A stretch of 64,000 nucleotides of DNA, taken from IMG/VR virus record IMGVR_UViG_3300024319_000003, positions 103,697 to 167,696 of that record; one strand, 5' to 3'. The translations under genes and the position numbers were made by a program. This DNA comes from a virus. Shown in pieces: positions 21,042 through 30,392 of the stretch. The notes under the pieces were generated by a model. It did not search any database and was not told the DNA's origin. It saw only the letters and a list, made by a program, of their open reading frames with translations. Each line of letters begins with the position of its first letter. Within the stretch, counting starts at the first letter, position 1.

Positions 21042-24000
21042 ATGGCAAACGAATTTAAAGTAAAAAAAGGACTGATCGTTGATGGATCAGGCTCAGTAGT
21101 ATTAGATGTCCGTGGTTCTCATGGACAATTATTTTCTGTAACAGACTCTCTTTCAGGATCGTTATTCGGTATATCAGATATATCCGGTATTCCTATCTTT
21201 GAAGTCTTTTCTGATGACACTATTAAAATGGGTACTCATGGAGCAGAAGCTATAATAATATCCGGTAGTACAGCTACCATATCTAACGGAATTCTTTCTG
21301 GTTCATTTTCTGGTTCTTTTGTAGGAGATGCATCAGGATTGACAGGTCTTTCATCAGGAGCAGTTACTGCAATTAATAATGCGACTGCTAATGAATTAGT
21401 AACCGTTGGGTCTACCACAACAGAATTAGATGCTGAAGCAAATCTTACTTTTAACGGAACACTATTAGATGTAACCGGTAATATAGCTTCATCAGGAACT
21501 GGTTCATTTGAAAAATTAAATATAGGAGCTACGCAAGGTTCTTACTTATTAAATGTAGGAGGTTACACAAGAGCAGGAGGCGTAGACTTACTAAATGGAG
21601 TTGTATACACAAACGCTGCTAGGATAACTAGTATAGAGGATAAAGTAAATAATACCTATTCCTCAATATCATTTGCAGGAGCAACAAGAAGTATAACTTT
21701 CATGACAAGTGGAAGTAATAGAATGGTAATAAACTCCGATGGTGATGTTAATGTATTGGGCGGTGCTTTATCCATATCTGGTGACGGTAGCAACGCGGTA
21801 ACATTTACAGAAAGTAGTGCTGGAATTATGACCATTGCAGCTCCAGACGATATAATATTAGATGCTGGAGGCGATATAGCTTTTGACGCGGCTGGTAACG
21901 ATATTAGATTAAAAGCAGCAGGAACAAATTTCGGTACGTTTACAAAAAGTGGAAATCATTTTTTAATAACTTCTAATGTTACAGATGGTGATATAAAGTT
22001 TTATGGAAATGATGATGGAACATCTGTAAACGCGCTTACTCTTGATATGTCAGACGGTGGTTCTGCTTTATTTAGCCACAACATAGGTCTTCCTTCTGGT
22101 GGTGAGCTTGATTTTGCTGCAGGCGATGTTAAATTTGTACATAGTAGTAATAAATTAACCTTAAATGGAGGAGAGTTAATGGTTAACTCAACACTCGGGG
22201 TTAATACAACATCAGTTAATTCTGCGAATAAGCTAGAGGTTCACGGACAAGCCAGAATAGACGGAAAGATGATGATTGGCGATAGCACCCTAAGTAATGC
22301 TGTTAACGCTGCTGTACAATTACAGATTAAAAACGCTGGTCAAGCAGGTATCAGGTTAGAAGACTCAGACAGTAATAATTTAGCGTTTGACCTTATTGTA
22401 GACGAGGGCGTAGGGTTTTTAATAAAAGAAACTGTAGGTGGAGATGCTGGAGATGATATTAGACTTACAATAGCTGAATCTACCGGGGATGCAACTTTTT
22501 CCGGTAAGATAAGCGGTACAGAATTAGAAGGTACTAGCTTAGATATAAACGGTAATGCTGATATAGGAGGCAATTTGACATTATCATCAGGGGGTAATAT
22601 TTTCGGTAGCACTGGTGATTTTATAATACAAAATAATGCTGGCGCTCAATTTGATCTTAAATCAAATCAAGGTATAAGATTATTTATTGATGCAAATAAT
22701 GACGACAACACCCGTAAATTTGAAATACTTTCTAATACAGGTAGTTATAATTCTGCTAACGTAGTTGCTAGTGTTAATCAAAGTGGTAATGCAATTTTTG
22801 AAGGAACCATAGATGGAGGAGCTATAACATCGACCGGTAAGATAAGCGGTACGGAATTAGAAGGTACAAGTTTAGACATTAACGGTAATGGTAATTTATC
22901 AGGAACACTTACAATACCTGGTGGTTTTGCAACTACTATACTAGACGGTGATAATGTTGTTGTTAAAAAACCTGACTACTCAAGTGGTGGTTGGGCAAGA
23001 GCATTGATGAATTTTAAAGAACACGATAACACATCTTTATATGCGATAGGAGCTTACGGAAGTAATAATACATTTAGCTATGGGTATATAGGTACCGCTT
23101 ACAACGACACTACTATGAGATGGGCAGCTGATAAAACTGTTACTTTTGGAGGTAACGTTACGGCTGGTAGCAACTCTTTAACGGCTGGTGCTTTAGACAT
23201 AAACGGTGATGCCGATATATCTGGAACGCTGACATTGGGAACTGCTTTAGCAGTTGCTGAAGGAGGAACTGGAGCAACAGCAAGTACATTGTGGTTAAAC
23301 TCAAATGCTTTTTCTAATTTTGCAGTATCAACAGCTGATTATGATACCATTACAACTAGAGGTCTTTATAGATTTCAAGGAACCACAAACGGACCTTTCG
23401 GCACTTCCCATACTACAGGACTAACACTTACAGAAGGTAGTGGTAATTACGGATGGCAGATGACTTCTAACAGTAGTGCTAATAATGGAGAGGGGTTAGC
23501 ATATAGGTATAGAGGTACGAGTTGGGGACCATGGCAAACACTAGTTACTAAAACATTTGGAGATGGCAGGTATGCAACACTAGCTTCAGGAAGTTTAGCA
23601 GGAACAGCAGTACAGCCGAATACTTCTCCAACATTTGACGACTTAACAGTAACCGGTAACCTTGTAATTACAGGAACAGTAGACACTTATAACGTAAATA
23701 ATTTAAATGTAGTTGATAAACTTATTATCCTTGGAGCAGGACAAACAGAAGCAAACTCAGGAGGTTCAGGTATATTTGTATCTGGTTCAAGTGCTAGTAT
23801 ACTATGGGATGAAACTAATAATACCTGGGACTTTAATAAAAGCTTAGACATAATCGGTAATCTGACCACTTCAGGAAACATTACAGGAGGGGGATTAACA
23901 CTTAATGGAAGTTTATCTAGAGGAACTTATGTTGCCTCATCTAACTACCATACAGGATCAGATAACATTGTATTAAAAGGAAACTCTGTAGGGATAAGCG

Positions 24001-27000
24001 GTATATTCTTCGAATCAGAAAAAGATGGTACTAACATTAACCATAGTACTGATTTTGGATTTATACAATACCATGCCTACGGTACAGGGACATCTGGAGA
24101 AAATGCTGAATTAATAGTAGGTGTTTCAAACGACAGTACAGATCACGTAATACTTAACGCTCCACACGCAGAAGGATTCAGGGTAAGAGTTGGTGCTAGT
24201 GAAACAGACTATAAGATCTTCCACGAAGGACATAAACCAGTCTATAGTGAAATATCAGGAACAGTTCCAACTTGGAATCAAGATACAACAGGAACTGCAG
24301 ATAATGCTACTTCAGCATCACATGCATTAACAGCAGATACAGCTACTACTGCTGCATCAGCTACTGCTGCTGATACTGCTAATACTGCTACTTCTGCTAC
24401 TTCAGCATCACATGCATTAACAGCAAATAGTGCTACTACTGCTACTTCTGCTACTTCAGCTACTTCAGCTACTTCAGCATCACATGCATTAATAGCAGAT
24501 ACAGTAACTACAAATGCTAATTTAACTGGACATATTACATCAGTAGGAAATGCAACATCGCTAGGATCATTTACAACAGCACAATTAAATACTGCTATTT
24601 CGGATGGTACAGTTCTAACTGCAGAAGCAGATACTTTAGATACTGTTGCCGATAGAGGTTCTAGTACAAATCAAACTATTAAATCTACAAATGGATTAGG
24701 TTTTAAAGTTGATTCATCAGCATCTGCTAGAATAGAAATAGAAAATGGAGGAAGTAATTGGGCATATTTAAGACTTAGAGACGACAGTACGGTATCATGG
24801 GATATCGCATCCTACAATGGTGGTAATCTAGAATGGAGACCTGCAGGTAGTGCTACTAATAGAATGACATATTCTTCTGCAGGGTTACTATCGGTACCTT
24901 CTATTACTACAACAGGAAATATACACCTAGACAACGATTCAGCTCAACTTCAGTTAGGAGATGACAATGATATGCAAATATTCCATAACGGAGCAAATGG
25001 TGAAATAAATAACTCAACGGGTAACTTTACTATCGACTCTGCAGGAGATATAATTTTAGATGCAGCAGGAGATTCTATACAACTTACTGATAACGGTACG
25101 CTTATTGGTAAAGTTAATATGACTTCACAGAACCTTACATTTATCTCCTCAGTTAGTAACAAGGATATGATATTTAGAGGTAATGACGGCGGTACATTTT
25201 TTACGGCTTTATCGTTAGATATGTCAAATGCAGGAACAGCTGCATTTGCAAGTGACATTGTTGTCAATGGTGACCAAATAAGATTTATAAATGACGCAGC
25301 AGCAGCATACCTAAGCGCAGCAGATGCTTTAATAATACAGTCTGATTATAATACCGGAGAAAACAAACCGATATACCTACAGCCTTCAGCAGTTACTGAG
25401 TTAACAGTAGCAACAGGTAAATCTACCTTTGTTGGTAATGTGGGGATAGGAACAGATACCCCAGCATCTAAATTGCATGTTTCTGGTACAACAGATCTAG
25501 TTACTATAGAAGGATCAGGAAGTGTACTATTTGACGTACAGGGATCCCAAGGTCAGTTATTCTCAATAACAGATTCTTTAGAAGGTACATTATTCTCTGT
25601 TAGTGACGTAGCTGGTATTCCAATCTTAGAAGTAGATTCTTCTGATAAGGTTACAATGGGTTCATTTGGAGCTAACACGCTTGTAGTTACAGGTTCTTAC
25701 ACACTCTTTGGTACAAGCTCTCCTAATACAACATTTGCAAGCACAGTTCAAATACATGAGAGAGCGTTATTACTAGACCATACAGACCATACACAACCTA
25801 TATTAATTGTAGGAGGAGGCGCATCAGCAGGAGTAACCGGATCTTTAACTTTTTACACTTCAAATACAACAGGTCAGCATCAAATGATCATTGAATCTGG
25901 ACACTCCTCAGGAGAAGTAAGATTTATTAATAATAGACTTATACTAGACGGGAAGTTAAATATAGGTAGTGTAGCAGGTACTACCACAGATACAGATAAA
26001 TTCTTAGTACTGGACGGAGCAGTTGTTAAATATGTTTCTGGATCTCAATTACTAAACCAAATAGGAGGAATCGGTCCTTCCGGAGCAACATTAGACAGTG
26101 TAACTGATAATGGATCTACAACAACTAATGATCTTGCAACAGGTGCTTTAAATGTTAGCGGAGCAATTCGCTTAGAGACAGCTGCAGAGTCTGATATATA
26201 CACCCAAGGTGATGAAATACACCTACTAGCAGGAGGTCCTGGCGGATCGGGATTACATGTAAACGACGCAACTGGACAAGTTAAAACCGATGGTGATTTC
26301 GCAGTAGGAACTATTGGTGCAATAAATCACAACTTCCATGTTTCAGGAAATGCAAATATAACTTCAACTCTGTTAGTTACCGGAAGCGCAAATTTCAAAA
26401 GTAACGTAGATATTAATGGATATATAGACGTAGTTCAAAATTCTGTCTTTAATAATGACTTAGAAGTCGGAGGAGATCTAGATACAGCAAGATTGTATGC
26501 AGATGAACAAATTACTGTTGGAGTAGATAACGGTGTTGATGGTAAACTATACATTAAACAAAACGATTCCACAATCAACAGCGGTATTATTATAAATCAA
26601 CAAGGAGCAGGAGATGCTAGATTAGCGTTCCAAAAAGGAACAGGTACATTTGCAATGGGTATTGATGGAACTGATGGTAAGTTTAAAATGGCAGGTTCAA
26701 ACCTCAGCGCAGGGACACCAAGCCTAACATTAACTTCAGGAAATGTTATTGTTAACGGAGATACAGCTCATGTAAGTACAGGGGAAACATCAAAATTATC
26801 TGTAAACGGTAGAATAAGCGGTCGCATCAGAAGAACACCAGATGCTACTTCAAATCATTCAGCAGTTGCAGGACAACAAAACTACTGGACAAAATTAGCG
26901 AAGTTTTCAATAACAAGTGCTGCTAATGAAATAAGAGCTACATACACACTGATGATGGAAGAGATATCTCAAGCAGGGTATATGAGATTTGCAGTTGAAC

Positions 27001-27737
27001 TAAGATCTAATAGTTCAGGTACTACACCTCAAGTAGCTGATATTAGAATACTTGAAATGGCAAGTGGAGCAGATAGTTTTGAAGCAAGATCAGGAACCGG
27101 TGCTGGATCAGCATATCAAGCAGATAGTTTAAAATTAGTAGTAAACTCGAATACAGATATACAGCTGTGGGTACAAAAGAAACAACAATACGGAGTAGCA
27201 GCATTATTTGAAGATACAATAGTTTACGACAACTTCTTTAATAGTACTGATAATGCAGCAGTAACTTACTATAATAATTCATCATGGCAATCTAACGAAC
27301 CTTTATCAGCAGCAGGAGGTAATGTTAGAACTAGAATGCCATCAATGGTGACACAGCATCAATATGCTTTCTTTTCAAACACAACATCATTAAGGTATAT
27401 ACCAAATTATGCTTCTTTTCTTGGTAGCTCATTAAATTATACATCACGTTTCTTAATACCTAAAGGCGCAACATTGGTAGGGGTAGGTATTACCACTCAA
27501 TCCACCTTACTTGGTAATAATAAATTAAGGTTATATGATGCAGACGTAGTTGCATTACCATCACTATTAGACACGCAAACTTTCACAGTTACTGCAAACC
27601 GACAAACGTGGATACAGTTTAATAAGCAAATTAATATGAATGGAACAGCTGGTAATCAAAACGCAATAGCATTTGGGATTGAGGCAGCAACTAGCAGTAA
27701 CCACTATTGGAATATGGTAGCTGTATGGAATATTTAA
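21042..27737 (+). CDS. Giant (2231 aa) tail fibre-like protein
   Basis: G/S/T/N-rich modular protein with internal duplications, a GNVGIGT motif and an ATSA-repeat stalk. Confidence 0.75.
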   Translation: MANEFKVKKGLIVDGSGSVVLDVRGSHGQLFSVTDSLSGSLFGISDISGIPIFEVFSDDTIKMGTHGAEAIIISGSTATISNGILSGSFSGSFVGDASGLTGLSSGAVTAINNATANELVTVGSTTTELDAEANLTFNGTLLDVTGNIASSGTGSFEKLNIGATQGSYLLNVGGYTRAGGVDLLNGVVYTNAARITSIEDKVNNTYSSISFAGATRSITFMTSGSNRMVINSDGDVNVLGGALSISGDGSNAVTFTESSAGIMTIAAPDDIILDAGGDIAFDAAGNDIRLKAAGTNFGTFTKSGNHFLITSNVTDGDIKFYGNDDGTSVNALTLDMSDGGSALFSHNIGLPSGGELDFAAGDVKFVHSSNKLTLNGGELMVNSTLGVNTTSVNSANKLEVHGQARIDGKMMIGDSTLSNAVNAAVQLQIKNAGQAGIRLEDSDSNNLAFDLIVDEGVGFLIKETVGGDAGDDIRLTIAESTGDATFSGKISGTELEGTSLDINGNADIGGNLTLSSGGNIFGSTGDFIIQNNAGAQFDLKSNQGIRLFIDANNDDNTRKFEILSNTGSYNSANVVASVNQSGNAIFEGTIDGGAITSTGKISGTELEGTSLDINGNGNLSGTLTIPGGFATTILDGDNVVVKKPDYSSGGWARALMNFKEHDNTSLYAIGAYGSNNTFSYGYIGTAYNDTTMRWAADKTVTFGGNVTAGSNSLTAGALDINGDADISGTLTLGTALAVAEGGTGATASTLWLNSNAFSNFAVSTADYDTITTRGLYRFQGTTNGPFGTSHTTGLTLTEGSGNYGWQMTSNSSANNGEGLAYRYRGTSWGPWQTLVTKTFGDGRYATLASGSLAGTAVQPNTSPTFDDLTVTGNLVITGTVDTYNVNNLNVVDKLIILGAGQTEANSGGSGIFVSGSSASILWDETNNTWDFNKSLDIIGNLTTSGNITGGGLTLNGSLSRGTYVASSNYHTGSDNIVLKGNSVGISGIFFESEKDGTNINHSTDFGFIQYHAYGTGTSGENAELIVGVSNDSTDHVILNAPHAEGFRVRVGASETDYKIFHEGHKPVYSEISGTVPTWNQDTTGTADNATSASHALTADTATTAASATAADTANTATSATSASHALTANSATTATSATSATSATSASHALIADTVTTNANLTGHITSVGNATSLGSFTTAQLNTAISDGTVLTAEADTLDTVADRGSSTNQTIKSTNGLGFKVDSSASARIEIENGGSNWAYLRLRDDSTVSWDIASYNGGNLEWRPAGSATNRMTYSSAGLLSVPSITTTGNIHLDNDSAQLQLGDDNDMQIFHNGANGEINNSTGNFTIDSAGDIILDAAGDSIQLTDNGTLIGKVNMTSQNLTFISSVSNKDMIFRGNDGGTFFTALSLDMSNAGTAAFASDIVVNGDQIRFINDAAAAYLSAADALIIQSDYNTGENKPIYLQPSAVTELTVATGKSTFVGNVGIGTDTPASKLHVSGTTDLVTIEGSGSVLFDVQGSQGQLFSITDSLEGTLFSVSDVAGIPILEVDSSDKVTMGSFGANTLVVTGSYTLFGTSSPNTTFASTVQIHERALLLDHTDHTQPILIVGGGASAGVTGSLTFYTSNTTGQHQMIIESGHSSGEVRFINNRLILDGKLNIGSVAGTTTDTDKFLVLDGAVVKYVSGSQLLNQIGGIGPSGATLDSVTDNGSTTTNDLATGALNVSGAIRLETAAESDIYTQGDEIHLLAGGPGGSGLHVNDATGQVKTDGDFAVGTIGAINHNFHVSGNANITSTLLVTGSANFKSNVDINGYIDVVQNSVFNNDLEVGGDLDTARLYADEQITVGVDNGVDGKLYIKQNDSTINSGIIINQQGAGDARLAFQKGTGTFAMGIDGTDGKFKMAGSNLSAGTPSLTLTSGNVIVNGDTAHVSTGETSKLSVNGRISGRIRRTPDATSNHSAVAGQQNYWTKLAKFSITSAANEIRATYTLMMEEISQAGYMRFAVELRSNSSGTTPQVADIRILEMASGADSFEARSGTGAGSAYQADSLKLVVNSNTDIQLWVQKKQQYGVAALFEDTIVYDNFFNSTDNAAVTYYNNSSWQSNEPLSAAGGNVRTRMPSMVTQHQYAFFSNTTSLRYIPNYASFLGSSLNYTSRFLIPKGATLVGVGITTQSTLLGNNKLRLYDADVVALPSLLDTQTFTVTANRQTWIQFNKQINMNGTAGNQNAIAFGIEAATSSNHYWNMVAVWNI
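22501..22890 (+). repeat. 57-bp direct repeat (22501-22557 and 22834-22890) encoding GKISGTELEGTSLDINGN
   Basis: The two copies differ only at synonymous third positions. Confidence 0.85.
24290..24504 (+). repeat. Tandem repeat encoding the ATSA/SHALTA stalk
   Basis: GCTACTTCAGCATCACATGCATTAA at 24306, 24396 and 24468, plus 9-bp GCTACTTCW units. Confidence 0.9.
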
Positions 27738-27757
27738 AAAATAAAAGGTAATAAGAT

Positions 27758-29881
27758 ATGGCAAGAATAAACGACAATATTAGAAGTAAGAGATTAAAGA
27801 AACAAGCTAGTTCTGCGGAATTAACAGAGATGGCTAAGAAAAGCAGAAAAGCGGAAATGAATACTTCCGGTGAATTAATTATGACATCTGAGATTAAAGA
27901 AGCAATCGAACAAGCATCAGATCCTTCAGTATTAATTAATGACCCTGCTTTATTTAATCAAGCTAAATTCTACCTTAAACAATTAGAAGACTTAAGAGAA
28001 GAAATAGAAGAAATACATGCATACATTGTAGATGCTTTTGGTAAAGATTCAACAGCAGCAGCAAGTGTAGGAGGAAAAGGTGATAAAGGTGATAAAGGAG
28101 ACCCTGGTACTAATGGTGCAGACGGAACAGCAGGTGCTAAAGGAGACAAGGGTAACCCTGGTACAGACGGAACAAATGGTTCTAAGGGCGATAAAGGAGA
28201 TAAAGGAAACCCTGGTACAAACGGTACAAACGGAACAAATGGAGCAAAAGGAGATAAAGGAAACCCTGGTACAAATGGCACTGATGGTACAAACGGTTCT
28301 AAGGGCGATAAAGGTGACAAAGGAGATAAAGGTGACAAAGGAGATAAAGGTAATACTGGAGATACTTTAGCAGTATCTAATAACAGTAACGATCGAATTA
28401 TAACTGCAACCGGAGGATCAAGCGTTAATGCAGAATCTACATTAACATATAACGGCTCTAGATTAAGAACACCAGAAGTAACTTCAAATAGATACTTTCA
28501 AAATCCATCAGGAATACCGACAAATAACCTTGGAGATCCAACGGTAACCGAAATGGCTTTATTTGAATCTCAATTTTCCAATAAAACCGGGTTAAATAAT
28601 AGTTATGATGATTTAAAATATTTATTGTTCTACATACAAGCTAACGAAGAATCTGAATGGAAAGAAGTAGAAGTTTCAGATGATCAAAAAAGAAGATTCT
28701 TAAGAACAAACAATTCAAATGTAGCAATACCAACAGGAACTTATAAATTTAGAGTTGAATTTAAAGGAAGATACTATACTTTTGCAAACGCAATGTACTG
28801 TTACTGGTCAAGTCAATCACATAATAGTACGGTACATGTTTGGAAAAAAAGATGTTCTGACCAAAAATGGATACAGCACACAAGTTCCACAAGTAGAGTA
28901 TCATCTTGGCCAGGTCATTTATACCTACCTTTTAGCACAATACCTTGGCATGAAACAAATACAACATCTACAGGGCATTATACCCACGTAAGAATAGAAT
29001 TTACACCTAATTACAGTACTGGAAATTACCAAGAAAGACCCCTTGCTCTGTACGGTATGCAAATATGGGGAGGATATCCAGCTGGAAGAAAAACACAACA
29101 TTATTATGACCATAACGGTAGACTAAATATTACTAAAGAAGCAGATGTAAAAGGAATTTTACTATCTAATGGGAATAAGGTAATAGAAAACGGCAATTGG
29201 GTAGGAAACAACTCAGGACTAGTAGGACCAAAAGGAGACAAAGGTGATACTGGCGCAGCTGGTTCAAATGGTACAAACGGAGCAAAAGGAGACAAAGGGG
29301 ATGCCGGTGCTGCTGGTACAAATGGATCAAATGGATCAAATGGAGCAAAAGGTGACAAAGGTGATACAGGATCAGCTGGAGCTAGAGGTCCTGCAGGAAC
29401 AGACGGTGCTGCTGGTGCTAAAGGAGATAAAGGTGATGCAGGTGCAAGAGGTACAGCAGGCACAGATGGATCTGATGGAGCAAGAGGACCAGCTGGGACA
29501 GACGGTTCAGATGGAGCAAGAGGACCCGCTGGAGCAGCTGGGTCAGATGGGTCAGATGGTGCACGTGGCCCTGCAGGTGCTAAAGGGGATGCCGGTGCTG
29601 CTGGTGCAAGAGGACCTGCTGGTTCTGCAGGAGCAAAGGGAGACACAGGTGCAGCTGGATTAACTGGAGCTAGAGGCCCTGCCGGAGCTAATGGTACAAA
29701 TGGTGCTGCCGGAGCAGCTGGAGCTAGAGGTCCTGCCGGAGCTAAAGGAGATACAGGAGCTAGAGGTCCTGCAGGTAATGATGCAAAGCTAGATGGTACA
29801 TCTCAAGAAATAACTGTATCAACCGGTAAAGCGACAATTAACCTAGTCTTTGAAAACGGTCTACTTATATCTGCAAAATAA
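27758..29881 (+). CDS. Collagen-like (Gly-X-Y) fibre protein with central globular domain
   Basis: Two long G-X-Y tracts (about 28070-28366 and 29216-29782; GDKGDK, GARGPA) flank a Trp/His/Tyr-rich domain. Confidence 0.9.
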   Translation: MARINDNIRSKRLKKQASSAELTEMAKKSRKAEMNTSGELIMTSEIKEAIEQASDPSVLINDPALFNQAKFYLKQLEDLREEIEEIHAYIVDAFGKDSTAAASVGGKGDKGDKGDPGTNGADGTAGAKGDKGNPGTDGTNGSKGDKGDKGNPGTNGTNGTNGAKGDKGNPGTNGTDGTNGSKGDKGDKGDKGDKGDKGNTGDTLAVSNNSNDRIITATGGSSVNAESTLTYNGSRLRTPEVTSNRYFQNPSGIPTNNLGDPTVTEMALFESQFSNKTGLNNSYDDLKYLLFYIQANEESEWKEVEVSDDQKRRFLRTNNSNVAIPTGTYKFRVEFKGRYYTFANAMYCYWSSQSHNSTVHVWKKRCSDQKWIQHTSSTSRVSSWPGHLYLPFSTIPWHETNTTSTGHYTHVRIEFTPNYSTGNYQERPLALYGMQIWGGYPAGRKTQHYYDHNGRLNITKEADVKGILLSNGNKVIENGNWVGNNSGLVGPKGDKGDTGAAGSNGTNGAKGDKGDAGAAGTNGSNGSNGAKGDKGDTGSAGARGPAGTDGAAGAKGDKGDAGARGTAGTDGSDGARGPAGTDGSDGARGPAGAAGSDGSDGARGPAGAKGDAGAAGARGPAGSAGAKGDTGAAGLTGARGPAGANGTNGAAGAAGARGPAGAKGDTGARGPAGNDAKLDGTSQEITVSTGKATINLVFENGLLISAK

Positions 29882-29896
29882 AAAAAACATAAATAA

Positions 29897-29926
29897 GTTG
29901 GATAGTAATATATTTATTCTTATATT
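29897..29926 (+). promoter_or_regulatory. Bacteroidetes-type promoter GTTG-N20-TATATT
   Basis: Same motif and 20-nt spacing recur about 10 times upstream of genes. Confidence 0.7.
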
Positions 29927-29964
29927 ATAATAATATTAATCGATTAAATAAAAGTTTTACAATT

Positions 29965-30243
29965 ATGTCAAAAACAAAATTAACTGAAGAAGAAGTAAAG
30001 AGCTTAAACGAACTTCAACAAAAGAACGCAGCTTTAGTAAATGAACTAGGAACAATTAGCTTAGCAGAGATTAGCTTAGTAGATCGTTCTAATGCAGCTA
30101 AATCATTTTTAGAAGAACTTAGATCTGAAGAAAGAGAATTAGCAAAAAGCTTAGAGGAGAAATACGGAGCAGGTCAAATTGATCTTAAATCCGGTGAATT
30201 CATCGCAGCAACTAAAGAAGAAGAAGTAGTATCAGCAGAGTAA
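29965..30243 (+). CDS. Small coiled-coil hypothetical protein
   Basis: 92 aa ORF, E/K-rich helical sequence ending ...EKYGAGQIDLKSGEF. Confidence 0.75.
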   Translation: MSKTKLTEEEVKSLNELQQKNAALVNELGTISLAEISLVDRSNAAKSFLEELRSEERELAKSLEEKYGAGQIDLKSGEFIAATKEEEVVSAE

Positions 30244-30273
30244 TCAGCAAATATACATACTTATTTATAGGTT

Positions 30274-30293
30274 GGAGGGTTTTTACATCCTCC
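30274..30293 (+). other. Intergenic hairpin GGAGGGT/ATCCTCC upstream of the sheath gene
   Basis: Inverted repeat visible; flanked by TATTTATA at 30262 and 30299. Confidence 0.45.
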
Positions 30294-30357
30294 TTCCCTA
30301 TTTATATAAGAGAAATAAAAACATTTATATACTAGACTGTTTTACATTCCTAAACGA

Positions 30358-30365
30358 TATTTATA
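30358..30365 (+). promoter_or_regulatory. TATTTATA putative late promoter (also at 15176, 19464, 30262, 30299, 32161, 32751, 33796, 36237, 43747, 48624, 52875, 63891)
   Basis: Octamer recurs in short intergenic gaps upstream of mainly structural genes. Confidence 0.65.
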
Positions 30366-30392
30366 TTAAACAATTAATAAACTAGACCAGAC

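Noticed and set aside
24290-24504. Repeats as a CRISPR array
   Set aside because: They are in-frame coding repeats with low-complexity, related spacers and no cas genes.
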